Origin: Fibrobacteria bacterium
Lineage (GTDB): Bacteria > Fibrobacterota > Fibrobacteria > UBA11236
Direction: 5' to 3'
NCBI GenBank assembly: GCA_041746255.1
Contig: JBGTHM010000012.1
Coordinates: 1 to 28,994, forward strand
DNA: 28,994 nt
Part shown: positions 27,383 to 28,994 of the stretch, piece after piece
Numbering within the stretch: the stretch's first letter is position 1
Layout: every line of letters begins with the position of its first letter
Made by a program: the position numbers and the translations under genes
The notes under the pieces: model-generated
Seen by the model: only the letters and a program-made list of their open reading frames with translations
Told to the model about the DNA's origin: nothing
Database searches by the model: none

Positions 27383-27992
27383 GCGGCTCAAAGAAAAATT
27401 CGGTGAAAAGTTTACTCGGGCTTTGGCTGCCTTCGACGCGGCCAATGATACCGATCCCGTGCAAGTGGAAATCGATGGAAAGCCCGTAGGACGCGAACTT
27501 TTTTATTCCCGGAAACTTTATGAGTGGGTAATTCGCCTTGATCCGGAAGCTTCGGAGGCCTTGCTCTTGGCCGCGCGTTGCCAGCATTTACGGCGATTCG
27601 CCATGCCGCGTACTCAATACCCCGCAGGAAAGGTCGGATATTTGCAGTGGCGGGTCGACCAGGCTAAAAAGCATGCGCGGGAAGCGGGAGAAATCCTGGG
27701 CGATTGCGGTTACTCCGAAAGTACGGTCGAGAAGGTGCAAAAAATAAATCGCAAGCAAGGCATCAAAACCGACCCGGAAGTGCAAACCATGGAAGACGCC
27801 TTATGCCTGGTATTTCTTGAACACCAATTCGAGGATTTTTCCCGGGAGCAAAGCGAGGAGAAGGTGGTGGATATCGTGCGGAAAACCTGGGGAAAGATGG
27901 GCCTCAAGGGAAGGGAAGCCGCCTTGCGATTGAATTATTCGGAACGGGCCCTGGGGCTGATCCAAAAAGCCTTGGCCGCGGAAACCGGATAA
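27369..27992 (+). CDS. DUF4202 domain protein
   Basis: AFDAANDTDP, ELFYS, LAARCQHLRR, YPAGKVGYLQWR, QTMEDALCLVFL, KTWGKM. Confidence 0.88.
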   Translation: MSMDERLKEKFGEKFTRALAAFDAANDTDPVQVEIDGKPVGRELFYSRKLYEWVIRLDPEASEALLLAARCQHLRRFAMPRTQYPAGKVGYLQWRVDQAKKHAREAGEILGDCGYSESTVEKVQKINRKQGIKTDPEVQTMEDALCLVFLEHQFEDFSREQSEEKVVDIVRKTWGKMGLKGREAALRLNYSERALGLIQKALAAETG

Positions 27993-28070
27993 CTTTCATT
28001 AGGATGGCGTGCTACCAAAATTTATTTCACGGTTGATTCAAGTCTATTCAGTCCCTGAAAGGGGCTCGCA

Positions 28071-28994
28071 ATGACAAATATCGATGACCCTGTCCATTCT
28101 CGGGAAATCCGGGACCCTCTATTCGCATCCCCGCACAAGATGGGAATCGTCCTGGAAAACCTGAAGGACCATTCCATCTTCCTGCTCGACTCAGAGGGAA
28201 TGATCTGCAGTTGGAGTCCCGGTTCGGAAAGCGTGTTCGGATTCCTGGATTCCGAAATCGTCGGAAAGCCCTTTTCCACCATTTTCACGCCGGAAGACGT
28301 CATTGCCGGGATTCCGGCGAAGGAACTGCAGATCGCCCATACCCGTGGAAAGGCCGAGGACGAGAGGTGGCATCAGAGGAAGGATGGTTCGCGCTTCTGG
28401 GCCTCCGGGGCCTTGACACATGTAACTGGGGAAAAAGGCGAAAGCCAGTTCATCAAGGTGGTCCGGGACGCGACTGACCGCAAGCGGACCGAGGACGCCG
28501 ATCGGATGGAATCCATCGGTAGGCTGGCGGGGGGCGTGGCCCATGATTACAACAACCTGTTGACCGCGATGAAAGGCTATTGCGAATTGCTGGCGGCCTC
28601 GCTCCCCGACGATACCATCCAGCAAGAATGGCTCGGCGAGGTGATTACGGCGGCAAACCGGGCCGCCAACCTGACCCGGGACCTCCTTGCCTTCAGCCGC
28701 AGGCAGATGGTGGCTCCAGCGCCTTTGGACCTTAACGACACTCTCGGGAAGCTGCAAGGGCGTCTTCGCCTGATCCTCGGGGAGCGGGCGCAACTCCACC
28801 TCGACCTCGATCCGAACCTGGAGAAGGCCTTCCTGGACAATGAGCAGTTTGAGCAGGTGGTCATTAACCTCGCCCTGAACGCACGCGAGGCCATGCCTGA
28901 GGGAGGGATGGTCACTATCACCACTCTCAGCTCGAAAGCCGCCGCGAAGACCTTGGAAAGCGCGACCGATGCCGGGGCCGCGACGGCGGCGAGC
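28071..28994 (+). CDS. PAS-domain sensor histidine kinase (probably hybrid), truncated by window end; missing from the ORF track
   Basis: ATG 28071; PAS (SIFLLDSEG...RKDGSRFWASG...KVVRD), H-box GRLAGGVAHDYNNLL, LLAFSRRQ, N-box EQVVINLALNAREAMPEGG. Confidence 0.92.
   Translation, partial: MTNIDDPVHSREIRDPLFASPHKMGIVLENLKDHSIFLLDSEGMICSWSPGSESVFGFLDSEIVGKPFSTIFTPEDVIAGIPAKELQIAHTRGKAEDERWHQRKDGSRFWASGALTHVTGEKGESQFIKVVRDATDRKRTEDADRMESIGRLAGGVAHDYNNLLTAMKGYCELLAASLPDDTIQQEWLGEVITAANRAANLTRDLLAFSRRQMVAPAPLDLNDTLGKLQGRLRLILGERAQLHLDLDPNLEKAFLDNEQFEQVVINLALNAREAMPEGGMVTITTLSSKAAAKTLESATDAGAATAAS

Noticed and set aside
28191..28924. Minus-strand ORFs of 202 and 115 aa
   Set aside because: Shadows of the plus-strand histidine kinase that the ORF track missed because it has no stop in the window.
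1..28994. CRISPR array, tRNA, rRNA, transposase or integron integrase
   Set aside because: No regularly spaced direct repeats, cloverleaf, rRNA-like stretch or DDE/tyrosine recombinase motifs seen.

Overview
Bacterial chromosomal window with two parts. (1) About 1-9600 is an accessory island in which every gene is on the + strand and base composition shifts from gene to gene. It holds a broken HigB/RelE-like toxin with an intact XRE antitoxin, a SAM methyltransferase, a truncated DUF1801 gene, a DUF4386-like membrane protein, a STAS/SpoIIAA-like protein, a MetF-like protein, a secreted metzincin protease, a VOC protein, two RibD_C/DHFR-fold proteins and an AraC regulator. Several genes are bracketed by complementary GTTRRRY...RYYYAAC core sites and attC remnants (one mutated 64-bp attC, two collapsed to ~28 bp, one with a ~130-bp loop). 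This reads as a decaying integron cassette array, with no intI in the window. (2) About 9750-28994 is core-like: rluD, a methyltransferase, topB, an apparently catalytically dead serine-recombinase-domain protein, a GT4, PTS IIA, a peptidase/beta-propeller/Omp85 fusion, aroD, a TPR protein, korAB, a YbdG-like MscS channel, a NUDIX hydrolase, DUF4202 and a PAS histidine kinase running off the end. A T9SS-like C-terminal domain and D-(S/T)-x-rich linkers suggest an FCB-group host, possibly Fibrobacterota (inference only). All family calls are from motif recognition; no searches were run.
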